A stretch of 53,686 nt of DNA from Vicugna vicugna (Eukaryota), in contig MU057984.1 in NCBI GenBank assembly GCA_013265495.1, positions 675,597-729,282 on the forward strand. Direction: 5' to 3'. Position numbers and translations under genes: made by a program. Below, piece after piece: positions 12,559-24,731 of the stretch; position 1 is the first letter of the stretch; each line of letters opens with the position of its first letter. The notes under the pieces are model-generated. The model had not been told where the DNA came from, did no database searches, and worked only from the letters and a program-made list of their open reading frames with translations.

Positions 12559-13445
12559 GTTCCTTATTTTATAAGTCTAGAGGTTATGGCCAGAAAAATG
12601 AAATTCTCTGAAATATAGCAGGTACCTGTCACTGTGAGCTGTCCTTACAGTCACTTGTACAAGTTCCTCCCTGCTCTTGATTTCATATTTTCATTCTACA
12701 TGACTACTATATAAGAAACACTCAGAAAATATTTTGTTCATTCTGTGTCTCTAGGTAATTGCATTCCTCAAATAGCACAGTTGCATGCAACTTTGCAAGA
12801 AGGCCAACTATTAATGACCCAGAAAGGAAAGACACAAAAGTGAATTGGCAGGAAAGGTCTAATCCTAGCTCTGTGACTAATTATCTAGGTAACCTTGAAC
12901 ATGTCATGGATGCCTTCTAGATACAAATAACCTCAATCTTATAAAAAGATACCGATCTAGATAGATATCCATATTGTCTTATAAATCTTAAGTTCTAATT
13001 CTCTTACTTTGAGAGCCTAGATCCTATCAGGTTTTATAATTAGTTTGAATTACATGGGCAAATTATGAGTTAGAAGGCTAGATAGGAAAATGAGAACTAA
13101 ACTGAAATTATAAAATGTTAAACCGCATACCCTAGAAAGAGGCTATTAATCATTCAAGATGACTACTTGACTTGAAAAATTATATAATAATATGACCAGG
13201 GCAGAATAACTGCTGTTATTTTGAAAAGGATAATTTTAATTAAATAATTAATAATAATTAAGCCAGAGAGATGTGTGGAAAAACTCAGTGATGATGAAAG
13301 ACTTAAAGAAAAATTGGTAAGCCTGAAGTGAAAAATTCAGTCATTTGAACACAATTTTATCTGTATGCCTCAGAGATTATTTCGATAGATATAACTTGAG
13401 AAAATAATATATACTTAAATGGAATAATATACAAATGGATTTCTT

Positions 13446-13751
13446 TTTTTAATTAAACAAATCTTTATTGAAGTACGGTTGATTTACAATGCTGTATTAT
13501 TTTCTGGTGTATCATATATTGATTCCATTATATATACCTTTTCATATTCTTTATCATTATACATTATTACTAGATACTGAATATAGTTTCCTGTGCTAAA
13601 CAGTAAGACCTTGTTGTTTATCTATTTTATATATACTAATTAGTACCTGCAAATCTCAGACTCCTAATTTATCCTTCCCTGATCCCTTATTCCCCTGGTA
13701 ACTTTAAGTTTGTTTTCTATGTTTGTGAGTCTGTTTCTGTTTTGTAAGTTC
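13446..13751 (-). mobile_element. 5'-truncated L1 3'UTR with perfect 15-bp TSD
   Basis: TSD ACAAATGGATTTCTT at 13431-13445 and 13752-13766. T-tract at left. Target reads TT/AAGA on the minus strand. Confidence 0.93.
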
Positions 13752-14013
13752 ACAAATGGATTTCTTAATAAAAAAATGTAGTATGCTGTATCACATTATC
13801 TCAGCAAATACCATGAATCTGTGCCTAGATTCCAGAAGCCATTGTGACAATGAAATTAATACTTATCGTCCCCACTATTGTCACATTTCTTGGTTAAAAA
13901 AGTTTCTATTAAAAAATTTGCCACCAATTTGCTCTGCAAGTAAATTAAAATTTGCTTTCTTTTGACTATGACTATCAACCAAATCATCATTAAGATTAAT
14001 CTTTACATCCAGA

Positions 14014-15588
14014 AAGAAATTGAAGATGACACAGATGGAAAGATATGATGTGTTCTTGGATTGGAAGAATTAATATTGTTAAAATGACTGTACTACACAA
14101 GGCAATCTACAGATTCAATGCAATTTCTATCAAAATAGCAATGGCATTTTTAACATAACTAGAATAACTTTAAAATTTGTATGAACACACAAAAGACTAG
14201 AATAATCTTAAGAAAGAAGAACAGAACTCGAGGAATCACATTCCCTGACCCCATACTACACTACAAAGCTACAGTAATCAAAACAGTGTGGTACTGGCAC
14301 AAAAACAGACACATATATCAACAAACAGGACAGAGAGCCCAGAAATAAATCCACACACTTATGGTCAATTCATCTGTGACAGAGGAGGCAAGAATATACG
14401 ATGGAGAAAAGACAGTCTCTTCAATAAGTGGTGCTGGAAAAGCTGGATTGCTGTTTGTAAAAGAACAAAATTAGAACATTTTCTAACATCATATACAAAA
14501 ATAAACTCAAAATGGATTAAATACCTAAATATAAGACTGGATACTCTAAAATTCCTAGAGGAAAACACAGGCAGAACACTCCTTGACATTAATCAGCAAT
14601 ATTTTTTGGATCCATCTCCTAAAGCAAAGGAAATAAAAGCCAAAATAAACAAATGGGACATAATTAAACTTAAAAGCTTTACAAAGCAAAGGAAACCATG
14701 GACAAAATACACAGACAACCTCCTGAATGGGAGAAAATATTTGCAAATGATATGACCAATAAGGGATTAATATCCAACATATATAAATAGCTCATACAGC
14801 TCAACATTAAAAAAACAAACAACCTGATTAAAAAATGGGCAGAAGAATTGAAGACACGTATTTCTGAAGAGGGAATGCAGATGGCCAACAGGCACATGAA
14901 AAGATGCTCAACACTGCCCATCATTAGGGAACTGTAAATCAAAATCACAAGGAGATATCACCACACACCTGTCAGAATGGCTATTATCAAAAAGAATACA
15001 AATAACAAATGTTGGTGAGGATGTGGAGGAAAAGTGAACTCTCACGCACAGTTGGTGGGAATGTAAATTAGTGCAGCTACTATGGAAAACAATATGGAGG
15101 TTTCTCAGAAAACTAAAAACAGAACTACCATATGGCCCAGCAATTCTGCTCCTGGGTATATATTTGACAAAACAAAAACTAATTTGAAAAGATGGACTTG
15201 GAGAGCATTGTGTTAAGTGAAATAAGCCAGACAGAGAAAGAAATATACTATATAATATCACTTATATGTGAACTCTAAAAAATACAACACACTCGTGGAT
15301 ATAATGAAAAAGCAGGAGATTCACAGATATATAGAATACAAACTAGTAATTACCAGTAGAGACAGGAAAAGGGGAGGGGCAATATGGGGGTAGGAGATTA
15401 AGAGGTACAAACTGTTATGTATAAAATAAGCTACAAGGATATACTGCACAACATGGGAATACAGCCAATATTTTATAATAACTATAAATGAAGTATAACC
15501 TTTAAAAATTGTGAATCACTATATTATATACTTGTAATATATAATATTGTACATCAACTATACTTGAATTTAAAAAAAAGTTTAAAAA
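14014..15588 (+). mobile_element. 5'-truncated L1 (ORF2 3' part + 3'UTR + A tail) with 22-bp TSD
   Basis: ORF 14288-14755 is the ORF2 C-terminal part (DSLFNKWCW). Flanks AAGATTAATCTTTACATCCAGA (13992-14013) and AAGATTAACCTTTACATCCAGA (15589-15610). Confidence 0.95.
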
Positions 15589-16771
15589 AAGATTAACCTT
15601 TACATCCAGATTCGTGTTTACAGTCCTTTGTTCCCCTGTCCTTCTTCCTATTCCTTCCTCCAAGTACAATATTGTCACCTCTTTTTACACTATTGCTTCT
15701 CACATCTTTCTTTCTGTTTCTACTGCTAGTAATCTAATTGTGGCCCCTGGATATCCCTTGCCAGAATCACAGAAGGAAAACCAAAGGGCAGTAGAGATAT
15801 ATTGCCAGAACTTCTTAGCCAGTATGCCTGACTCTGATTTCTACCTCCAAACTTTTAATATACTCCCAACATTGACTCCAGAGACCCTTTCTAACACACA
15901 GATGAAATCGGACTGTGCCTGTAATCAATACTTTCTACTGAGTTCCTGGTTTCAGTAAAACAAAGCCTGTTATTTGACTTAAATTTTACTGGTCTCCTCA
16001 ATTTCATTTTGTCTTACTGATGCAACAATTTATTGACACTTCTGACAAACCATTCTTAGAACTTGCCACTCAAGTGTTCATTAAATGTCGTGCGTAGTTG
16101 CTTCCCCAAGCATTTTTGTCCCTTGCCACCTCATTGTTTTATTGACAAATTTCTACTAATCTTCCTTGATCAAACTCATCTGTTAATCAGTTATTCCCAT
16201 CTCTAACCATCATATAGAAATGCATTCATTTCTCTATTCCAGAAATTGTCAGTCTGGCTGACTGTATTACAGAAATTATTAACCATGTTCTGGGATACCA
16301 TGAACACTAGCAAGGATTATGCCTTACAAGGGGCATCTTGTTGAGGGCAAGGTTGTCCCAGTACAAGGCTCCATTCACTGAAAACAGACGTGCATCTTTC
16401 TTATTCTTGTAAATTTGATGTATGCTCAGCAAGCTTTTCTCATCCAGCTGGAGGGAGCACCTACTCCATAGAGCATCTCTATACAAATCTGTCTTCTCCA
16501 CTTGATTTTGACAATCTTGAGTGTAGAGTTCATGCTCTTTCTCATTCATCTACTTTCCTCATTTAATTAATTAAATTGTGTTGGGAGGAGTGAACACAAA
16601 GATAAATTAAACTTATTGAGAATTCAGCTTGAAATGGCAAACTTAAAATTTTGCAATAGTATTTCCCCACATTCTATGGTTTCATTTAAGAGTAAGTGGG
16701 CCCATAAAATTAACACTGATGTGTGAAAATAGAAATTACTGTTCTTTCATCTAGTATAAGGTATATGAGGT

Positions 16772-17237
16772 ATAGCCGTTATGGAAAACAGTATGGAGTT
16801 TCCTCAAAAAAATTAGAAACAGAACTAACACTGATCCTGCAATCTCACTTCTGGGTATATATCTAAAAGAACTGAAATCAAGATCTCAAAGAGATACCTG
16901 TACTCTCATGTTTATTGGAGCACTAGTCACAATAGCAAAGATGTGGGAAGAAGGTTAATGTCCATTGATGGATAAATGGATAAAGAAAATTTGTATATTC
17001 ATACAATGGAATATTATTCCTTAAATAAGATAGAAACATTTAAAATAAGAATTAAATCTTTAAAAAAAGAAGGAGATGCAAGGATATGTGACAACATGGA
17101 TGAACCTTGAGGATACTGTGGTAAGTAAAAGAAGCCAGTCAAAAAGACAAATATTATGAGATGATTCCACTTACAGAAAATCTCTAAGATATTCAAAATC
17201 TTGGAAGCAAAGACTAGAATTGTTTCTAACCAAGATT
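16772..17237 (+). mobile_element. Old L1 (L1MA/MB-like) ORF2-end/3'UTR fragment
   Basis: ATGGAAAACAGTATGGAGTTTCCTCAAAAAA...GATCCTGCAATCTCACTTCTGGGTATATATC...ACAACATGGATGAACCTTGAGGA. Confidence 0.88.
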
Positions 17238-17715
17238 TGTAGATAGAAAAGGACAGAAAATGCTTGGAAGAGAAATCTACCAGGAGGAAAGGGGAGTCTA
17301 GTTTTACCTCAAAAATAAGCCCAAGGTTTGAAGGACAGGTTGTCTAGGCCACAGCAAGTGGCCAAACTGGAATTGTTCCTTAACCCAGCGCAAGCTCAAG
17401 GACCTCTTTCCTCCCATCATAGAGATAATAATTGATGCCCGTACTCGATCCCCCTACCTTCCCCATACAAATAATTCCAGCAATGTCAGGTAGTTTCCTT
17501 CTTGGGAATCCAGGACTACACAGGACAGGTGTTCACATGGGCACCACCATGAAGACAGAGTCACAGGGTTGTATCAGTACATGGCTTTGTGCTGTGCAGT
17601 GTTGGTGTGCTCTGTGTGAGGGTCTGTCAACCCCTCCTCCTAGAAAGTACATTTCCTCAGGGACTGGAGCATGATTTTGCTCCAGGTTTCTCCATTCAAT
17701 CTGCCCCTGTCCACA
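17238..17715. mobile_element. Candidate unclassified solo LTR (~480 bp)
   Basis: GC-richer block bounded by TGTAGATAG...CTGTCCACA (imperfect inverted termini, TG...CA) that abruptly ends the L1. No convincing TSD. Confidence 0.4.
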
Positions 17716-18719
17716 CATGAGCAGAAATTTCTTTGGATTTCTTGTATTTGAGAGTATGAATTTTCAGGGCTTTTGTACATCTTCCCCTAATTGTAGAATT
17801 TCTATGAATCTCTGTGGAAGTTTTGTAAAACCATTTCTATTTTCAAAGTACTTTTACATAAATTATTTCATTTTTATTCAAAAGTTCAAGTATAAGATCT
17901 AAAATGAAACAAATGGCCTTCCCTTGATAGCAATGTTAAGTAGAAATGTTTCTGAAGTACATACATAAAGCCATCAAGTAGAGGGCTACTTTATAGGTCA
18001 TTCCACATGTGGTTCTTAATAGCAAAGATGTTATTGAACATTTTAATTAGGCTAAGAGTCAACTAGATGGGTTTAGACATTGATTTGATTACATATTTAA
18101 GTGCATTACTGCATTTTTCAATATACTTACCAATATAATTGAGTACATAAATTAGTAGATACATTTCCCACATAAGTATTTGTCATTCAATATGATCTAT
18201 TAGATTAAGAGCAATATTTCTTATTTAATAGCAATATAATTTCATGATTATTGCTTTTTCCTAATTTTTTTTATACCAAGACAAAGTATGTGTGATCAAG
18301 CCATGTTTTAATAAATTGAGATACCAAATTAATTATATTTTGACTTATGTAAAATTATGGAGTAAAATATTAATATTCCAGTTCTAATTCAAAGAATAAA
18401 ATTGACTTCTTACTATGCTATCATAAATTAATATTAGCATTTTTCTAAGGTTATATTGTGAATTCACACAGCAAAGGGTTTCAGAGCATTTGATTAAACC
18501 ACTGATCACACTGTAGTTTATTTTTTCCACAAAGCTTTACATAGGAGAATTCAGTTAAATCAAATGTTACTTTTCAAGAAGATAAAGATTTACTATTACC
18601 ATAAAACATCATTATATGTGTAATTTTACATGCACAGTTAAACTTCATTTTACATATTTAATATTCTGTATTATTTTTCATGTATAAATGATCCTATACA
18701 TACTAGGTAAGTCTGACTG

Positions 18720-18875
18720 ATCCTTTGATTGAAAATGTATGAGATCTTAAGCAGATGACTCAGTCAAGTCTTGTTTGGACTCTTAATCCAAGGAAACAGT
18801 GAGATAATAAAGATGTATTGTTTTAAGCTGCTAAATTTGTGTTACTTTGTTACACAGGTATAAATAACTAAAACA
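18720..18875 (+). mobile_element. MLT1 (MaLR) LTR 3' fragment
   Basis: GTGAGATAATAAAGATGTATTGTTTTAAGCTGCTAAATTTGTG...TTGTTACACAG...ATAACTAAAACA. Confidence 0.75.
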
Positions 18876-18939
18876 GAAAAGACCAAAGTAAGATCAGGCA
18901 TGCTGCCACTCTGCTCTCATGTGACTTTTTATCCAGTCA

Positions 18940-19085
18940 TTTAGAATTTACTCACAACTTAGTATAACTCTTTGCTTATCTGCCTTCCTGACTAGTCTAT
19001 ATGCAAACGAGAGATTGTTATCTATAATTCTAGAGCCTCAAAGAGTGCCTGACACATAGTAAACACTCAAACAATGTTTGTTTTC
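18940..19085 (+). mobile_element. L2 3' end relic
   Basis: AGAGTGCCTGACACATAGTAAACACTCAAACAATGTTTG. Confidence 0.7.
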
Positions 19086-20209
19086 AGATACGAGCCAACC
19101 TCTATAATGGGATAAATTAGGATTCTTAATGAGACCATTGTGACAGTGAAATGATGGGAATTGCTAGGAAAACTGTTTACAAAAAGGAAACGATTTGGTT
19201 CTTTCAAGAATGGTTAAATGACTATGCTATCTTTGAATTTTGAGCTCTTCAGGCTGAAAAAAAAATTAATATGCTATACATGACTTCAAAACAATAAGAA
19301 TAAACATATAATCACAATAGAAAATTAGCATCCCTAATTTATAGTCAAGTTTCCAATACTCCTCTGGGATGAGAATAGTAGAGGTCAAAAAAAAAAAAAA
19401 AGAAAAAAGAAAAAATATATATTCACAATAAACTATGTACAACTGCATGGGACAACAAAATAATTTTTCAAAAGACATAGAAAGATAGAGATAACAGAGA
19501 GAAGAGAGACAATAAATCATTTAATACCTACCAACCTACATTTCACCTCAACAGAATTGGGTTCAGTATTATTTAGGTTCACACAATGATGACAGCAAGC
19601 AGGGATGGTATATTTTGAGGACACATTTAATACTCATTGCTAACTGATACACTATCACCTTTCCAAAAAAGAGTATCATATACAAAGGCCTTAAAAAACT
19701 AGTAAATTGTTCTTTTCAAATCAAAAGGCATTTCTGTCATCTGTACATAGAAAATGAATGAATTTCACATACTGAAATTCTTAATTGTTATTAAAAACTG
19801 TGGATGCTGATTATATATTAAAAGAAACATTTTTACTTCGTAGATATTAGGCCAAGTAGAAATAAGTATGTTAAAATAATTTCCTCTGAGATGCATTATA
19901 TTGTAGATATAAAAATGTCGATAAGTTTCTAGCAGGAAATAAATTTAAAAATATAGAAAGTGTAGGGTCTCAACTAATTTTGTATATTAGCTGAAAACTT
20001 TTAGTGATATTTTGAGTAGACTGATATTGAAATGATATGTTATAAAAATGCTCAAGGATGTGGCACCTCAGGTAAAAAAAAGTATCAAGTACTGTTTTTG
20101 GAAATATCCAAAACATTTGGGGCTCTAGAGAAAACTAGAATATTTTCAGTTGTAGAAACTAGAGAAATTTCAGGTGTAAAGCAATCCTGGTACCTGAAAT
20201 TAATACACA

Positions 20210-21398
20210 TGTGAGGATTCTGGTCACCCAATTTCCAATCTATGGGGGATGTTTCCCCACACCAATAATTCTCAAGACACCAGCTGGGTGTCTTATAATT
20301 TAATTTATAATTATAATTTATAATTTAATCCATTTCTGACTCTATCTACCCAGAAACAGCATCAGATCCCACATGTTAAGGGCTCAGTCCCACAAGACTG
20401 CCCTCCATTTCAGATGCCAATTGCAAGGTCAGGTTGTTACCTATGCTTCTGACCCACCAGTTGTAAACTGGAGGTCCCCATGATCTTTTCCATGATTAAT
20501 TTGCTAGAGTGGCTTAAGAACTCAGGAAACCATGGTTACCAGGGGGGAAGGGGATGGGAAGGGATAAACTGGGAGTTCAAGATTTGCAGATACTGACTAA
20601 TATGTATAAAATAGATTAACAAGTTTATACTGTATAGCACAGGGAACTATATTCAATATCTTGTAGCTTACGGGGTGAAAGAGAATATGAAAATGAATAT
20701 ATGTATATTCATGTATGACTGAAGCAATGTACTGCACACCAGAAATTGACACAACATTGAAAAAAAAGTGGAAAAAAAAAAAGAACTCAGAAAACCTGTT
20801 TGCTCACTAGATTCCCAATTTATTACAAAGTATAGTAAAGAATACAAATCAACAGCCAGATGAAGGTCCTGAATAAAGGACCTTCTGTCCTAATGGAGTG
20901 TGAGACCTGGAATGGTGACACATGGAAACATTCTGGTACCCTAATGTAGAAGCTCTCTTAGCCCCTTCCTTTTGGGTTTTTACAGAGGCTTTATTACTTA
21001 GGCACGACTGATTAAATCATTAGCCATTGCTGACTGGTTTAATCTTCAGCTCTTCTCCGGTCTCTGGAGGTCAGGGGGTAGGAATAAAAATTCCAGTCTT
21101 CCACTCACATGGTAGGTTCCCCCTGGCAACCAGCTCCCATCCTTAGTTGCTTTCCAAAAGTCATCTCATTGACATAAACCCAGTTGTGGTTTAAAGGGGC
21201 TTGTTGTGAATAACAAGATACCCATTTCACCTTTATGGCTCTGAAGAATTTTCAGGAACTGAGGACAAGAGACCAAATATTTTAACAAAAGATATTCCCA
21301 TTCCTTATTGTTCAGGAAATTCCAAAAATCTGGGGAGCTGAGAGCCAGGAACCCTGACAAAGACCAAATAGATTTTCCTTATAAATCACAATATCACA
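20210..21398 (-). mobile_element. MER21-like solo LTR (copy 2), interrupted by an L1 3' end
   Basis: TGTGAGGATTC...AGACCAAATA...ATAAATCACAATATCACA (reverse complement TGTGATATTGTGATTTAT, MER21-type start). Homologous to 8906-10378. Confidence 0.85.
20532..20780 (+). mobile_element. Short L1 3'UTR insertion with 16-bp TSD
   Basis: TSD AAGAACTCAGGAAACC (20516-20531) and AAGAACTCAGAAAACC (20781-20796). TT/AAGA target, A tail. Sequence matches the 3'UTR at 7050-7280. Confidence 0.93.
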
Positions 21399-21872
21399 GC
21401 ATATTCTATCATTGGTTTTTTCCTCACAGCAAATGCAGTTCACGGGGTTTGTGTAGATTTATGAAGATCGCCACCTTGTCTTCATCATATTCATACAAGA
21501 AACCATCTTATTCCACTGAGAATCTAGGCTAATTTGGAAGCTCTTTTAACTACTGAGATGTCCCCATTTCTACTATGCAAATTGCTCTCAGCCCCCTTGG
21601 ATATGTATTTACTATCCAGAAGGTTTCACTTTTTGTTGCAACCTCTGTGATGATATTTTCTGTAATTGAGACTTCCTTTTATTATTCCTTCATTTTTCCT
21701 CTTTTATACAACAAATAATTCTGCCTTACTTAAGCCATAACATTTCTATTATTTATGACAAGCCTTCCATATACGTTGCTCTACATGTGTGAAAATTTGC
21801 TCAACAAAGAGAGACACTGACAAAAACTTTAGGGTTACAAGTAATCCATCCTTTCTGAGACTCCTTACTCAC

Positions 21873-22173
21873 TTTTTTCTTCCAGTTTTATTGATATAAT
21901 TGACATACAACACTGTAAAAGTTTAAGGTGTGCTGCATGATGTGACTTACATATATCATGAAATGATTATCACAATAAGTTTAGTAAACATTCATCATCT
22001 CATAGATACAAAATTAAAGAAACCAAAAAATATTTTTCCCTGTGATGAGAACTCCTAGGATTTACTCTCTTAACTTTCACATATAATATTGCTATTTATG
22101 AAATATGTTACTTATATTTATCATGTTTTACTTTATATCCCTAATACTTATTTATCTTATAACTGGAAGTTTG
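21873..22173 (-). mobile_element. L1 3' end, antisense
   Basis: TTTTTTCTTCCAGTTTTATTGATATAATTGACATACAACACTG...TTTATCTTATAACTGGAAGTTTG. Confidence 0.85.
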
Positions 22174-22674
22174 GAGGGTAAACAACATGTTACTAAAGAA
22201 TCAGTGTATCACTGAGGAAATAAAAGAAGAAATCAGAACATATCTGGAGACAAAGGAAAACTAAAATATAATGATCCAAAATCTATGGGACACAATAAAA
22301 GCAATTCTAAGACAAAAGTTCTTAGTGATACAACCCTATAGCAGGAAAAAAGAAAAAACTCAAATAAACAACCTAATTTTATACCTAAGTGAACCAGAAA
22401 AAGATGAACAGACAAAACCCAAAGTTAGTAGAAGGAGAGAAATCATAAAGATCAGAGCAGAAATAAATGAAATAGAGACTAAAAAAAAAATAGAAAGATT
22501 AATGAAAGTAAGAGCTGGTTCTTTGAAAAGATAAACAAAATTAATAACCTTTTAGCAGGCTCTCAAGAAAAAAAGAGAAGGCTCACAAAAATAAAATCAG
22601 AAATTAAAAAGGAGAAGTTACAACCAACAAAGGATCATAAGAGATTACTATGAACAATAATATATCAATGAAAC

Positions 22675-23068
22675 TGTAATTCAGGCAGTAAAACTGTAGC
22701 TAGGGACTCTCAGCTCTCTGTCTTTGTTCCTTGTTTCTTGTTTTTCAGGACTAGCTAACCAGAGATTTATGATTAGATAATGTTCCAACTGCAAGCAAGG
22801 CTTGATGGCTACTTCGGACCCTGTGATTGAGATAATCATCTCTGAAAAAAGAAGATTACTCTCTTCCTATCACTTAGCCCTTTCCTCTTTCCCTATATAA
22901 TCTCCAAACAAAACCTGACAAGTTGGGAGTTGGTTCCTTGGGACACAAGTCCACCTTCTCTTCAGGATTGCAAGCTTCCTCAATAAAACTATCCTTCCCT
23001 TTGTCCAACACTTGTCTCTCAGTATTGAATTTTTGAACAACAATCAGCCAAAACTCAGTGTGGTAACA
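22675..23068 (+). mobile_element. ERV1-type solo LTR (394 bp)
   Basis: TGTAAT...GTAACA termini, perfect 4-bp TSD AAAC (22671-22674 and 23069-23072), TATATAA near 22894, AATAAA at 22982. Confidence 0.92.
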
Positions 23069-23290
23069 AAACAGACAATCTAGAAGAAATGGACCAATTC
23101 CTAGAAAAGTACAATCTCCCAAGACTGAACCAGAAAAAAACCCAGAAAATACAGACCAATTATCAGTAGTAAAACTGAATCAGTAATAAAAAAGAAAAAT
23201 TCCCAACAAAGAAAAGTCCAGGAACAGCTGGCTTCACAGGTAAATTCTACCAAACATTTAGAGAAGAGTTAATACCTATCCTTCTCAAAC

Positions 23291-23927
23291 TGAGGCAGGA
23301 AGGAATGGGGCAGGAGACAGCCATTAAAGGAATGACACAGCAATTATCACTAAGATGATGAAAGATTCAACTCCCAGTAGATCCTGAGGCTCAAGATGGC
23401 AGGAGACTCCACCTCCAGTGGACCCTGAGTTTCATTATACACATTGTAATGTATTTGCATGGTGAATGACACACCTACAGGTGCCATGACAGTTCCAAAG
23501 CTAAACGTGAAAGGTCAAAGAGAGGGTGGTGGCCGAATTGGTGGGAATCCCCATCCTTATCCAAAATAATTGGAGTAATCCTCTCACTTCTTAGCATATA
23601 AAAACTAGCAACATGGCATCTCGTGGCCTCTCTTTCTCTCTCCCCTTCCGAGATGGCCTGCACTCTATCTATGGAGTGTGTATCTACTTTTGCTTTAAAG
23701 TAGACACCCAACCCTGTACCTCTTGGCCTTGCCTTCTGAGATGGCCTGCACTCTGTCTATGGGGTGTATCTCTCTGAATAAATCTACTCTTACTCAACCA
23801 CGGCTCACTCTTGAATTCTTTCCTGAGCAAAGCCAAGGACCCTCACTTGGAGGGGGCGTATCCCAGGGACTCAACTGAGACCTGGGACATGGCCATTCTC
23901 TCATGCCCCTCACTTTTTCCTGTATCA
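23291..23927 (+). mobile_element. MER41-like ERV1 solo LTR (637 bp)
   Basis: TGAGGCAGGA...CCTGTATCA, perfect TSD AAAC (23287-23290 and 23928-23931), TATAAAA near 23598, AATAAA near 23777, U5 motif CTCTTGAATTCTTTCCTGAGCAAAGCCAAGGACCC. Confidence 0.88.
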
Positions 23928-24158
23928 AAACTATGCAATCAATGCTTTTTAAATTTATTCTTGCATTTTGCACTTAATGCAAATGGCCTAAATGTTAACC
24001 TTCAAATACGTTTTCGTTGAACTACAAAGAAAGTTAATGAAGCAGTAATTTGCTACTACTGAAAGACTGAATACTGTATTTCCCAGACTCTCATTTTGTA
24101 GCTTTTTGCACAAAGTTAAAGTGTCCTAAACAGTATGTGCACAATTGCCTGACCACTG

Positions 24159-24731
24159 TGAGGGGAGCAAAATTTGTCACCCCAAAATATGCCTCTTTGA
24201 CATGAGAATTATTTTAGGCTGATTTAAAAATAAAAGCAGACATGAGAGAAGCTCTGAAAACACAAGTAGAAGTTATACTTTAGGAAGAGATATTTACATT
24301 TATAAGAAAAATTTCTATTTTGTCTCCATTTGTAAGGGTCTCCCTTGCTGTACCAGGAAGAGGGGGAATGACTCAATTTTTGCAAACTGTTATCTATGCA
24401 GAAGGTGTGGGCTTAAATCTGCTTAACAACCTTACACATGTTCACTGTGTTTTCCTGGCAACCTCTCATAACTGATCTCCTCCCTATCCCCAACATCTTT
24501 TGTCTTAAGCTGGAAATAAAATTTAAGGTGGTATCTTTGGCCATTTCAGAGTTACTCAATTTTCCTGCATTCTCTCTCATATATACAGTATATTATAGTT
24601 TAATACAATGGATATGCATGTACATTATTAAACTTTTGTTTGTTTTTCTCCTGTTAATCTGTCTTTTTAATACATGGGTGTCTCAGACAAGAACCTAAAA
24701 GGATAGAGAGAAAATAATTTTTCATCCTCCA
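24159..24731 (+). mobile_element. MER34-like solo LTR
   Basis: TGAGGGGAGCAAAATTTGTCACCCCAAAATATGCCTCTTTGACAT... to ...CTGTTAATCTGTCT...GAACCTAAAAGG...TCCTCCA. Flanks ACTG/AGTG. Confidence 0.85.

Larger units (their letters stand above)
22174..23935 (+). mobile_element. L1 ORF2 fragment split by two solo LTRs
   Basis: ORF 22271-22534 (QNLWD...EQTKPKVSRRREIIKIRAEINEIE). ORF2 resumes at 23069-23290 (LEEMDQFLEKYNLPRLNQ) after the first LTR. Confidence 0.92.

Noticed and set aside
16307..16549. 80-aa minus-strand ORF in non-repeat DNA
   Set aside because: No recognisable domain and no convincing exon structure. The length is within chance expectation.
20293..20330. TTATAAT-type repeat
   Set aside because: Low-complexity slippage expansion inside the MER21-like LTR.
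8906..21398. Two same-orientation MER21-like LTRs ~10 kb apart as the ends of one provirus
   Set aside because: The intervening DNA is unique sequence plus L1, L2, MLT and MER5 relics, with no PBS, gag, pol or env. They are independent solo LTRs.
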